This document shows positions 37,373-46,494 of a stretch of DNA of 64,000 bases, piece after piece. Each line of letters opens with the position of its first letter. The first letter of the stretch is position 1. The notes under the pieces are model-generated. The model saw nothing but the letters and a program-made list of their open reading frames with translations. It searched no databases and had not been told where the DNA came from. Made by a program: the position numbers and the translations under genes. Source of the DNA: a virus; IMG/VR virus record IMGVR_UViG_3300007276_000035, positions 37,656-101,655 of that record. One strand, written 5' to 3'.

Positions 37373-37781
37373 AGAAGTAGATTTAAATTTGTACAAGGAT
37401 TTCGTTGAAGCAGTAACAAGCAACGAATCAAACAATACATCGGTACTAACCAAACGACTTGACTGGTTAGATCAAGAACACGCAACAGTAAACCCTGCCT
37501 TGCTACTTACATCAGCTATAGGACTTGCAGCGGAGTGTGGCGAGTTTGCGGAGATCCCAAAGAAGGTAGTCTTCCAAGGTAAGCCGTTGGACTCAGCAAC
37601 AGTATACCACATGAAGCGTGAGCTAGGTGATATTATGTGGTACTGGGTTAATGCATGTCGCGCATTAGACATTGATCCGAACGATGTTATTGTTGAAAAC
37701 GTAGATAAGCTAAAAGCCCGCTATCCCGGCGGTAAGTTTGACGTATCAAAATCAGAGAACAGAAAGGACGGTGATCTGTAA
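37365..37781 (+). CDS. mazG: MazG-like NTP pyrophosphohydrolase
   Basis: GLAAECGEFAE..KK, KRELGDIMWY, NV.KL..RYP. Confidence 0.9.
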   Translation: MTKEVDLNLYKDFVEAVTSNESNNTSVLTKRLDWLDQEHATVNPALLLTSAIGLAAECGEFAEIPKKVVFQGKPLDSATVYHMKRELGDIMWYWVNACRALDIDPNDVIVENVDKLKARYPGGKFDVSKSENRKDGDL

Positions 37782-38504
37782 TTGTACACCGAAAAGGTTG
37801 TTGACGTATTTCACTACGGTGAGAGCATGTTTCGATTTCGAACCACGCGCGATACAACCTTTCGCTTTAAGAACGGCGAGTTCGCTATGATTGGCATGTA
37901 CAGTCAGAAGTATAAGAGAGAAATACATCGTGCGTATAGTATTGTAAGTACAAGCTACGATGATTATCTTGAATTCCTTAGTATCAAAATTGAGGATGGG
38001 CCTCTTACTAGTGAACTACAGCATATCCAACCAGGCGATGAGATTTTAATCAAGCCTAAAACAACAGGTAGTCTTTGTGCAGACTACTTAACTCCTAAAG
38101 AGAATCTTGTCATGTTATCTACAGGAACAGGACTTGCTCCATTTGTGAGTATAATCCGAGACCCGTATACCTACGAAAGATTCAAAAACGTTTACTTATT
38201 TCATACAGTACGAAAGGTAAACGAGCTAGCATTTAGTAACACAATACTTGATGTGTGCAACGATGTACCGCTAACCTACATACCAACAGTGACCCAAGAA
38301 CCGTACGAACGGGAAGGACGCTTTTGGAAATATCTACCTGGCGTACTAGGACACGAATTAGATTATGACATAGATGGTGTTATGGTCTGCGGCAGTATGC
38401 AACTAAACAAAGAATGCCGAGATAAGTTTAGTACAGCAGGATGGCAAGAAGGAAACACCGGAGAAATGGGTGATTTCTTATTAGAACGTGCATTTGTAGG
38501 TTGA
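37782..38504 (+). CDS. fpr: Ferredoxin-NADP+ reductase
   Basis: F.FRTTR, F.NGEF.MIG, RAYSI.S, GPLTS.L, STGTGLAPF, VCGS, ERAFV. Confidence 0.95.
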   Translation: MYTEKVVDVFHYGESMFRFRTTRDTTFRFKNGEFAMIGMYSQKYKREIHRAYSIVSTSYDDYLEFLSIKIEDGPLTSELQHIQPGDEILIKPKTTGSLCADYLTPKENLVMLSTGTGLAPFVSIIRDPYTYERFKNVYLFHTVRKVNELAFSNTILDVCNDVPLTYIPTVTQEPYEREGRFWKYLPGVLGHELDYDIDGVMVCGSMQLNKECRDKFSTAGWQEGNTGEMGDFLLERAFVG

Positions 38505-38528
38505 CAGTAATCTATTCTGTGCTATAAT
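38501..38528 (+). promoter_or_regulatory. sigma70-type promoter (16-bp spacer, extended -10)
   Basis: TTGACA-N16-TATAAT preceded by TGTGC. Confidence 0.7.
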
Positions 38529-38560
38529 GTACATGTAGATATTATTTGTAGGAGAAAACA

Positions 38561-38926
38561 ATGAAATGTTTTATAGCATTTTGGTGTAACGAAGGCTTCG
38601 AGTATGTCGAAGACATTACTAAGTTGCACCCTGACATTGTTAACATGGAGATAGCACAAGCTATTTTATCTGGTGAAACAGCACCTACCCAGCCTGAGCG
38701 GAAACAAAGCGAACTGGGTAAACGCATTCATGGCATGAAAATGCGAGGACAATTTAATTCTCAGCGAGATTACGAATTGTATCTTTTCACTGCGCAAGAA
38801 ACTTTAACATACGATGATGTTATGCAATGGGTTGACTCAACCCCACAAGATGCAGTAGATTGGATCAGGCGCAACGGTAGTCCATTACTAAAGAAGTTCC
38901 CTAGAGCCGAAACGGTAATCGCATAA
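38561..38926 (+). CDS. Hypothetical protein
   Basis: AGGAG RBS; W.NEG.E, R..FNSQR.YE.Y. Confidence 0.7.
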   Translation: MKCFIAFWCNEGFEYVEDITKLHPDIVNMEIAQAILSGETAPTQPERKQSELGKRIHGMKMRGQFNSQRDYELYLFTAQETLTYDDVMQWVDSTPQDAVDWIRRNGSPLLKKFPRAETVIA

Positions 38927-39432
38927 TGAACAAATTAAATGATATAGAAACAGGATGGATATTTGTTGGCGTTGTCCAGTGTGTGTTTATCCTTTCAATG
39001 GTAATGCTTGCAGGGTGCATGGGTGGTAGCTTAAAGCCAGCTGACACAGTTCGCAAAGACGCCAAACAAATAGAAGACGTCAAAGAAGGAACCATCATAC
39101 AAATTGTTGATGTTACTATACGAGGTAACACAGAAGCAGCACAGGCTGCTGGTGGTTTACTTGGTGGCTACGCAGCAAACAGAGCAACACGTGACCAAGA
39201 CGAAGTTGTTCAAGTATTAGCATCAGCTGGCGGATTACTAGTTGGTACTATTGTTGGAGACTCTATGAGCGATTTGGCGCTAGATAAACCAGGTGTCAAT
39301 TTGTTAGTTAAGTCTAGAGGTAGAATTATAGCTATAACGCAGCAAGTGGATCGTAGACAGAACTTCAAGGTCAACGATAATGTCTGGATCATTGGGTCTG
39401 GTAAAAAAGTAAGAGTGCTCCTTAAGGATTAA
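38926..39432 (+). CDS. SlyB/Pcp-like glycine-zipper lipoprotein
   Basis: Lipobox LAGC, two glycine zippers, I.Q....F..ND.V. Confidence 0.75.
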   Translation: MNKLNDIETGWIFVGVVQCVFILSMVMLAGCMGGSLKPADTVRKDAKQIEDVKEGTIIQIVDVTIRGNTEAAQAAGGLLGGYAANRATRDQDEVVQVLASAGGLLVGTIVGDSMSDLALDKPGVNLLVKSRGRIIAITQQVDRRQNFKVNDNVWIIGSGKKVRVLLKD

Positions 39433-39434
39433 AA

Positions 39435-40220
39435 ATGACAAATAGATACTTTAAAGTTGACCTAGGAAGATATGGTGCTGAATTAACAATCGGTACTGTA
39501 AACAAAGAGTTTGTTGAGTACTGGAATGATAAGCCCCCAGAAGAACTTGTTGACCATTTGCAAGCAGTTAATTGGTCTGATAATAGTGCAGAGGACACTG
39601 ATAGTCCTCCTATGATTGATGACTTTGATACTTCTTGGTCAGAAGTAGATGACTTTGAGCATTTGTTTGCGCCAGCAGCCTCCGGCAGTTATGAGGTAGT
39701 AGAGGTAGAAATAACGCCAGGCGCTGAGTTTTCTTGCGGTGAGCTAGTTTGGGCCAACCCAGACGAACACAGATACAGCGAAGACAAGTATACTGAACTA
39801 GGCGAAAGTGTTCGGTATGACCATGAAAACTTTTTGTATGGAAGAGAAGCGTACACTAGCGAACCTACCGAAGATGTTCTTGCTTCACTGAGTGAAGACC
39901 AAGAGCTATGCCCAGTTCTTGTGTATGCTAGTGTAGAGAAAGGTTGCTTCGGGGAAGTTGTTATCCAGACAACCGGGAGTGATTTTGATCCTGAGCTATT
40001 TTCAGTTGGTACAGTAGAAACAGATCTCGATGAACTAATTGAGACTTGCTGGTATGATGGCGCAGAAGTTATCATAAACCAAGATAACATATCAACCGAC
40101 AGTAGGGACACTAACGTATTAGTAGGATACATAAATCCTGAATGGCACGGAGAGTCAACCGACTTTGCTGCTGATACTGAACTTCTTCGAGAGCTACTGT
40201 TAGACTTTTATCCGGCATAA
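39435..40220 (+). CDS. Acidic hypothetical protein
   Basis: YGAE.TIG.V, S.EKG.F. Confidence 0.7.
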   Translation: MTNRYFKVDLGRYGAELTIGTVNKEFVEYWNDKPPEELVDHLQAVNWSDNSAEDTDSPPMIDDFDTSWSEVDDFEHLFAPAASGSYEVVEVEITPGAEFSCGELVWANPDEHRYSEDKYTELGESVRYDHENFLYGREAYTSEPTEDVLASLSEDQELCPVLVYASVEKGCFGEVVIQTTGSDFDPELFSVGTVETDLDELIETCWYDGAEVIINQDNISTDSRDTNVLVGYINPEWHGESTDFAADTELLRELLLDFYPA

Positions 40221-40287
40221 ACCAAAATATTTGAGCACTGTAGGTATGTTCGGTTAAGTAACGTATATAGGCGTCCAGGCTGGAGAA

Positions 40288-40854
40288 TTGCTAGTGATAA
40301 TTGATAAACAAAAAGTACATACAAATGACCCGTCAGTGCAGGACTTGCTAACAGAAGTTAATGCGTCTGTAGACCTACAGCAGATGTTTTCAACGTTCCA
40401 TGGCGATAAATTTAATCTTACTCCGGTAATAACATATCTAGCCGCTCTTGGGATTGATTACAACAAGTTTGGGGTAACAAACCAAGCACCTGTCGCAGTA
40501 ACATCACTACCTTCTGGCGGGCAGTTAGGGGTGCATACTGATCTCAATGAATCAGAGTACACATTGATAATCCCTTTGCAAGGAAAATGCAGTTGGGTAG
40601 AATACGCTATCCGCGACGGTGAATCACCCGAATACATTACAGTAGGTGGTGGTAAGCCTTTCTATTTAAAGTGGGAAGAAAAACAACTAGGAGCAAAGAT
40701 AGTTACTCCAATTCTTGGCGCACACTTTGTAAGCACTTCTGGTCCACACAATGTGATCAATGTAGATGAGAATGAAAGAAGCATACTAATGTCAGTGCGA
40801 TTAGGCATAAACTTTAAATTACATACATTCCTCAAGGACAAGAATGCGAATTGA
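40288..40854 (+). CDS. 2OG-Fe(II) oxygenase-like protein
   Basis: LGVHTD, LIIPL.G, PHNV.N....R. Confidence 0.6.
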   Translation: MLVIIDKQKVHTNDPSVQDLLTEVNASVDLQQMFSTFHGDKFNLTPVITYLAALGIDYNKFGVTNQAPVAVTSLPSGGQLGVHTDLNESEYTLIIPLQGKCSWVEYAIRDGESPEYITVGGGKPFYLKWEEKQLGAKIVTPILGAHFVSTSGPHNVINVDENERSILMSVRLGINFKLHTFLKDKNAN

Positions 40855-41938
40855 CAATGAATTAAAACTAGACTACAATGATGTACTGTTTAGGCCGAAA
40901 CGAAGTGAGATGGCTAGTCGGAGTGAAGTTGATCTAAGCAAAACATACACTTTCCGTAACAGTGGTGCAGTTTATAACGGAATCCCTATTATGGCAGCAA
41001 ATATGGATGGGGTGGGCACTTTTAATATTGCTGCTACATTGAAAGAACATGGCTTGTTTACTTGTCTAGTTAAAAATTATGAGCTTGAAGATTGGAAGGA
41101 CAATCAAGACTTATTCTTTCCAGAGAACACCGCTATTAGTACAGGGGTTACTAAAGAAGATCTAGCAAAAACAAAGAAGATCATAAAGCAAAACTCCAGC
41201 ATTAAATATATTTGCATCGATGTAGCTAACGGTTACAGTGAAAAGTTCCTAGAAGTGGTAAGTAAGTATAGAGACTTGTATCCTGACCTTGTTATTATGG
41301 CAGGCAATGTTGTCACACCTGATATAACTGAGGAACTTATACTGCGTGGAACTGATATTGTTAAAGTGGGTATTGGCCCAGGTAGCGTGTGTACTACTCG
41401 CATTAAAACTGGCGTGGGTTACCCTCAACTTTCCGCGGTCATCGAATGCGCTGATGCGGCGCATGGCCTTGGTGGTCATATTATTGCTGATGGTGGTTGC
41501 AGTACTCCTGGTGATGTGGCTAAATCCTTTGGGGCAGGGGCTGATTTTGTTATGCTCGGAGGGATGCTAGCTGGCACCACACAGGGCGGTGGCGAAGTAA
41601 TACACAAGAAATACCGCACCAACGAGGTAGGTTGGAAAGGGGTAATGGACGATGTATATAAAACTCAAGCAGTAATTAAATTTCACGGAATGAGTTCAAC
41701 TAGGGCACAGGAGAAAAACGGTGGCACAAAAAATTATAGAGCAAGTGAAGGTAGAGTTGTTGAGGTTCCATTCCGCGGTGATGTCGAGTCCATTGTGCGA
41801 GACATTTTGGGCGGGCTCAGGAGTACTTGTACTTATGTGGGTGCTCGGACTTTAAAAGAGCTTCCTAAGCGTACAACGTTTATTCGTTGTACTAACACAC
41901 ACAATAAAGTCTACGAAAGTAATACCGTGGGCGAATAA
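40844..41938 (+). CDS. guaC: GMP reductase
   Basis: MRID.ELKLD..DVL.RPKRS, CIDVANGYS, GIGPGSVCTTR, YRASEG. Confidence 0.97.
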   Translation: MRIDNELKLDYNDVLFRPKRSEMASRSEVDLSKTYTFRNSGAVYNGIPIMAANMDGVGTFNIAATLKEHGLFTCLVKNYELEDWKDNQDLFFPENTAISTGVTKEDLAKTKKIIKQNSSIKYICIDVANGYSEKFLEVVSKYRDLYPDLVIMAGNVVTPDITEELILRGTDIVKVGIGPGSVCTTRIKTGVGYPQLSAVIECADAAHGLGGHIIADGGCSTPGDVAKSFGAGADFVMLGGMLAGTTQGGGEVIHKKYRTNEVGWKGVMDDVYKTQAVIKFHGMSSTRAQEKNGGTKNYRASEGRVVEVPFRGDVESIVRDILGGLRSTCTYVGARTLKELPKRTTFIRCTNTHNKVYESNTVGE

Positions 41939-41947
41939 GGATAATAA

Positions 41948-42871
41948 ATGGAACCAACATTAGCAAACATTTTAGCATATAATCGAAACCCGCACCTAAC
42001 TAAATTTTGTACAGAAAGACTAGAGGCGCTGATAAACGAAGGTGTGTATCATAGCGATATTGACGAACTTAGCACATGCATAATCGATAAGTTAACAGCT
42101 TACAAAGACAAGCATGGCGTAAGGAAAGTGATGGTTGGTATGAGCGGTGGTATTGATAGTGCTCTTACGGCAGCACTGTTCAAGAAAGCAGGATACTTTG
42201 TTTACGGTATAACAATGCCTATCCATCAGAAGCCTGAAGAAACAGGTCTAGCGTGGGAGGCAATGGATACCCTTGGTGTTGAATCCCTAGAGATAAACTT
42301 ATCTCGTGCTTACGAAGGCATGTATAATGAGTTCCAGCAATTCGACAACACGTTAATAAATGATCGAAGCGCCAAGCGTAGAGGCAACATCAAGGCTCGT
42401 TTGCGCATGATGACTCTGTATAATTTTGCAAGTTTGCATGGCGGTATTGTCGCTAGCACTGATAATTTTAGCGAGCTAGCAGCAGGGTTTTGGACACTAC
42501 ATGGTGACGTGGGTGATGTTGCGCCAATACAATCGTTAACTAAGTCTTGGGAAGTTCCTGCTCTTGCTGAGCTTATGGGTGTTCCAAAAAGCATCATACA
42601 AGCCACACCAACTGACGGTTTAGGTATTAGTCATTCAGATGAATCTCAACTTGGCTTTAGTTACCTTGCGTTTGATGTTATGTTGCTAAGTCTTATGACT
42701 ACTGGTATAGACGAATACGCAATCGATGAAGGCTCAGCGAGAATGCTTAATGCAATCAAGAGTAGAATTAAGAATACATCGTTTAAGCGTAACAATCCAT
42801 ACAACTTAGACCACCCAAAATTTGAAGACAGATTTGATCTACTAGCTAAGTTAGATGATAGTCTAGAATAA
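41948..42871 (+). CDS. nadE: NH3-dependent NAD+ synthetase
   Basis: GMSGGIDSA, NIKARLRM, TDN.SE, GF.T.HGD, PTDGL...SDE.QLG. Confidence 0.92.
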   Translation: MEPTLANILAYNRNPHLTKFCTERLEALINEGVYHSDIDELSTCIIDKLTAYKDKHGVRKVMVGMSGGIDSALTAALFKKAGYFVYGITMPIHQKPEETGLAWEAMDTLGVESLEINLSRAYEGMYNEFQQFDNTLINDRSAKRRGNIKARLRMMTLYNFASLHGGIVASTDNFSELAAGFWTLHGDVGDVAPIQSLTKSWEVPALAELMGVPKSIIQATPTDGLGISHSDESQLGFSYLAFDVMLLSLMTTGIDEYAIDEGSARMLNAIKSRIKNTSFKRNNPYNLDHPKFEDRFDLLAKLDDSLE

Positions 42872-42876
42872 ACATT

Positions 42877-43605
42877 ATGTTTATATGGCTTGGAGATAGT
42901 TGGCAAATAGGCGCAGAATTAAGAAAGGATTCTAAACGTGAGTTGTCATTTGACTTGCGGTTTCCGCACCAGTCACTGATTCACGAGGACGATCCAGAGT
43001 TAGCATATCCTAGTTTAGTAAGTCAGCATTTTAATCAAGACATATTAGTATTAGCAATAGGTGGCGGTAGTATGCATTTTGCTGCTTATGCTCTAATGCA
43101 ATTGCTGTTAAATCGAACAACATTTGACGAGCCAACTACTGTGTTTGTACCTGACACAGGAGAAATGCGCAGGTTTGGTATTAACCTAATAGGGCAAACA
43201 GTACATGAAGGCTCAGACCTAGCAAATATAAGGGACCGAGATCCGTATCAAACTTACCAAGATATAAATCGAGAGCAATTTGCGATTTACGATTATACTA
43301 TGGCATTAAATAATATCTATTTAACTGCTGAAAAACTAGGTATACATCTTGTGCGATATCATTCTTGGTGTGTAGCTGAACCGATGATGGATCTATTATT
43401 GATACCAGAAGAAAATCACTACCACAAAGAACAATTTACGTTAACAAGTGACCTTCAAAGTTACACTGATGATGTTTACAAGACTTTTATGTATCCATGT
43501 GAAGCGCACCCTAACGTAGTAGGACACAAAGCAATGGCAAACGCAATGATAAATTTACTAGACGATAATGATAATTTTAGACAAACAAGAAAGGACTTAT
43601 ACTAA
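42877..43605 (+). CDS. SGNH-like protein (tandem paralog A)
   Basis: MFIWLGDSW..GAE, PELAYP, GGGS.HFA, PCEAHPN..GH. Confidence 0.7.
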   Translation: MFIWLGDSWQIGAELRKDSKRELSFDLRFPHQSLIHEDDPELAYPSLVSQHFNQDILVLAIGGGSMHFAAYALMQLLLNRTTFDEPTTVFVPDTGEMRRFGINLIGQTVHEGSDLANIRDRDPYQTYQDINREQFAIYDYTMALNNIYLTAEKLGIHLVRYHSWCVAEPMMDLLLIPEENHYHKEQFTLTSDLQSYTDDVYKTFMYPCEAHPNVVGHKAMANAMINLLDDNDNFRQTRKDLY

Positions 43606-44363
43606 TGTTTATATGGCTAGGACATAGTTGGGTAGTTGGTGCCGAGATGGCAGAGCTAATAACTAAAACGCCCAGTGTAGCAAGTGCTAAGTTTCCTCAC
43701 GTAGCAGCAACCGATGCCCCTGAGCTAGCATACCCAGACATAGTAAGCAAAATGTTTGGCGAAAGTTATGTTAACTTCGGTCGAGGAGGATCAAGTGTTC
43801 ATTTTGCTAATTGGAACTTGATACAACTGATAAAAGACAATACGGTTTTCCATGAACCTACTACAGTACTTTTCAGCCATTGTTCAGAACTTAGACGGTT
43901 CGGCCGACATTTAATTACAAAAGAGCATATCCACGATGGTCAGGCAGCATTCGGTATAGCAAGCCTAAAAGATAAAGATAAATACCTAGCAGAAGACCCG
44001 ACCCTTGAGAAATACGGTGGAGTCAGAAATTTAGAACGGTCTGAGTTTTGCGTGTATGATTACACAATGGCACTGAATACTATGTACTTAGCAACAAAAC
44101 AGCTAGGTGTAAATTTAGTGGTTTACAGTGTAACAAATACATCTGAACTTAACGAAGACGATCTTATAGTTCCACCTGAATGCTTTTTAGAAAGTAATCA
44201 GCCTGTATTGGGACAAGAGGTTTTTGATAATCCCAACAAATACATGCATCCTTGCCTAGGACATGCAAACATAGAGGGAAACAAAATTATAGCAGATCGC
44301 ATGAAAACTGCCCTAGATATGAATCCAGTATTTAAATCAATCAGGCAAGATCTTTATAAATAA
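43605..44363 (+). CDS. SGNH-like protein (tandem paralog B)
   Basis: MFIWLGHSW..GAE, PELAYP, GGSS.HFA, PCLGHAN..GN. Confidence 0.7.
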   Translation: MFIWLGHSWVVGAEMAELITKTPSVASAKFPHVAATDAPELAYPDIVSKMFGESYVNFGRGGSSVHFANWNLIQLIKDNTVFHEPTTVLFSHCSELRRFGRHLITKEHIHDGQAAFGIASLKDKDKYLAEDPTLEKYGGVRNLERSEFCVYDYTMALNTMYLATKQLGVNLVVYSVTNTSELNEDDLIVPPECFLESNQPVLGQEVFDNPNKYMHPCLGHANIEGNKIIADRMKTALDMNPVFKSIRQDLYK

Positions 44364-44402
44364 TTACACTATTTTATATAACCAATCTTAAGGAGAACGA
44401 TA

Positions 44403-44735
44403 ATGGACATTATGAATTTTGGAAGTTTGCTAATACTGCTTGCCGTTGTTGCCGCAGCATTTGCAGTAGTCGTGTTTATCAAAAAACAAGACGACAAGAA
44501 AGATGAAGAAGGTACTGCTCTTGAGGAGGTAACAAGAAGTATTGTTACAGTAGAAAAGCCAGCGCCTCTTCCTAGTAACGCAGAACTCATCAAGAAAACC
44601 AAGAAAGCCCTTAAAGAGTTCGCACAAGACACTTGGGGTATCGAACTTGATGTTACTAAGACCAAAGCAACAATGATCGAAGACCTGTTGACTTCACACA
44701 AAGAAGCTGTAACTTTGTACAAGAACGCAGATTAA
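44403..44735 (+). CDS. Membrane-anchored protein with HeH-like C-terminus
   Basis: N-terminal TM segment; TKKAL.EFA....GIELD..KTKA.MI; late promoter TATAAATA at 44355. Confidence 0.65.
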   Translation: MDIMNFGSLLILLAVVAAAFAVVVFIKKQDDKKDEEGTALEEVTRSIVTVEKPAPLPSNAELIKKTKKALKEFAQDTWGIELDVTKTKATMIEDLLTSHKEAVTLYKNAD

Positions 44736-44746
44736 GATAAATAGAT

Positions 44747-44860
44747 ATTGTGAGAACTTCATCCTTCTCACAATTAACCTTGTTTTACTGATGCTACCTA
44801 AAGTAGGTCAATCAAAACAAGTTAGGTTGGTGCTACGATGTAGACCAACAAACGGATGCT
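44747..44860 (+). ncRNA. Candidate structured RNA or leader (three hairpins)
   Basis: Follows GATAAATA 44736-44743; stems at 44747-44774, ~44776-44828 and 44826-44849. Confidence 0.45.
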
Positions 44861-44885
44861 AGAAATTTAGATTCGGAGAAAAAGA

Positions 44886-45050
44886 ATGTCTAAAGAAACT
44901 CACCTAAACCCGGTGACAGACGCGAGTCTGTCTATATGCCCTAAAACATCAATATGTGAAAAGGTAGACAAGATGATAATGTGCTTCGGCGCAATGATGG
45001 TAACAGCATCTGCTAGCTTTACTATATTTTATGGACTAGGTTCAATGTAA
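44886..45050 (+). CDS. Small membrane peptide (54 aa, not in ORF track)
   Basis: GGAG RBS; hydrophobic C-terminus; followed by hairpin. Confidence 0.55.
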   Translation: MSKETHLNPVTDASLSICPKTSICEKVDKMIMCFGAMMVTASASFTIFYGLGSM

Positions 45051-45052
45051 AC

Positions 45053-45076
45053 TTATTGGGTCTTCGGACCCAATAA
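45053..45076 (+). terminator. Hairpin terminator with cUUCGg loop
   Basis: TTATTGGGTC-TTCG-GACCCAATAA. Confidence 0.7.
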
Positions 45077-45095
45077 CTTAATAAAAAGAATTATT

Positions 45096-45470
45096 ATGTT
45101 ACAACACTACATAGACACAGTTAATAATTTTTATTCTGCAGAAGAATTTGATGATTGGCTGCTTAGTCTTAGTGATCCAATTCCCACTAGTATTTCTAAA
45201 GAAATACGCAAAAAAAGTAACTTAGTTAGAGGATGCGAAATCTCTACCTGGTTATCACGCACCGAATCAGAGGATGGTCCGGTAATACTTTACGACAGCG
45301 ACTCTAGGATGAACTTGGGCTTAGCTAAGATAATAGTAGACGTTTGTAATTCAACTGGCGTAAATAATTTAAGTTTTTATGACCTCAATGAAGTTACACA
45401 GTTCTTAACACTAAACAAGAAGCGCGGCTTACAACTAATGTTAAACAAAATACGTTTAATAATGTCTTGA
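45096..45470 (+). CDS. sufE: SufE-like sulfur acceptor
   Basis: NLVRGCEISTWL, DSDSRMNLGLA, LT..KKRGL. Confidence 0.75.
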   Translation: MLQHYIDTVNNFYSAEEFDDWLLSLSDPIPTSISKEIRKKSNLVRGCEISTWLSRTESEDGPVILYDSDSRMNLGLAKIIVDVCNSTGVNNLSFYDLNEVTQFLTLNKKRGLQLMLNKIRLIMS

Positions 45471-45495
45471 CAAACTAGAAAAACCACGTTATACT
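45467..45495 (+). promoter_or_regulatory. sigma70-type promoter
   Basis: TTGACA-N17-TATACT. Confidence 0.7.
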
Positions 45496-45524
45496 ATATA
45501 CTCACAGTACACAGGAGAAGCAAT

Positions 45525-46112
45525 GTGAATTATGTACCTTATGTAATAGAGCAAACAAGCAACGGTGAACGTAGTTATGATATCTACAGTCGGATGCTTA
45601 AAGAACGTATCATTTTTCTTAATGGTGAAGTTAATGACCCAGTAAGCAATAGCATCTGCGCACAGATGTTATTTCTAGAAGCTGAAGACCCAGACTCGGA
45701 TATCTCTTTTTACATTAATAGTCCTGGCGGCCTTGTGTCAGCAGGTATGGCAATGTATGATACTATGCAGTACATTAAGCCAGATGTGTGTACAATTGTT
45801 ATGGGTCAAGCATGTAGCATGGGCAGCTTTCTTGCGCAAGCAGGAACACCCGGTAAGCGAAAAATGCTTCCCTATGCTCGCCATATGATTCACCAACCTA
45901 GTGGTGGTGCTCAAGGCAAAGCAAGTGACATTGAAATTTCGTATAAAGAGATCATGAACATCAAGAAAACAATGACTAAACTATATGTAAAGCACAACTC
46001 TGCAGGCAAGACATACGAAGAATTTGAAGCGGCGCTAGACCGTGACACGTATATGACAGCAAAAGAGTCGCTTGACTTTGGTTTAATAGACGAAATTGTT
46101 AAGTCGCGTTAG
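45525..46112 (+). CDS. clpP: ClpP protease
   Basis: [39 protein letters not shown]. Confidence 0.98.
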   Translation: MNYVPYVIEQTSNGERSYDIYSRMLKERIIFLNGEVNDPVSNSICAQMLFLEAEDPDSDISFYINSPGGLVSAGMAMYDTMQYIKPDVCTIVMGQACSMGSFLAQAGTPGKRKMLPYARHMIHQPSGGAQGKASDIEISYKEIMNIKKTMTKLYVKHNSAGKTYEEFEAALDRDTYMTAKESLDFGLIDEIVKSR

Positions 46113-46134
46113 CCATTAGTGGTAAATAAGTTGT

Positions 46135-46494
46135 ATGGACACATTTGATCCGACAACAAGTTTAATCACACTAACTGACAAAGCGCAAGAGCACTTTGCT
46201 AAGGTAGCAACCGACAACGAAGCACTAGGTATTCGGTTGCGCCTAGGTGGTGGTGGATGTGCTGGTTTCCAGTATGAATGGGATATTGTTAAAGACATGG
46301 GCGATATCAAACTACAAGAATTTAGTTTACCTTTCACCGAGTGGACATTCTGGTTAGACAGCGCAAGCCAACAATACTTAGCTGGCAGCATAATTGATAA
46401 AAAAGCTGGCATCACGGGTGAATACATTGATATATCAAGTCCACTAGCAAGCAGTGCATGTGGTTGTGGCGAAAGTGTGAGCTTCACGTTATGA
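46135..46494 (+). CDS. A-type Fe-S carrier (IscA/ErpA/HesB)
   Basis: GGGCAGFQY, CGCGES. Confidence 0.93.
   Translation: MDTFDPTTSLITLTDKAQEHFAKVATDNEALGIRLRLGGGGCAGFQYEWDIVKDMGDIKLQEFSLPFTEWTFWLDSASQQYLAGSIIDKKAGITGEYIDISSPLASSACGCGESVSFTL

Noticed and set aside
44785-44866. Hammerhead ribozyme (CUGAUG...GAAA)
   Set aside because: The core reads CUGAUGC rather than CUGANGA, and the stems do not place GAAA and the cleavage triplet correctly.
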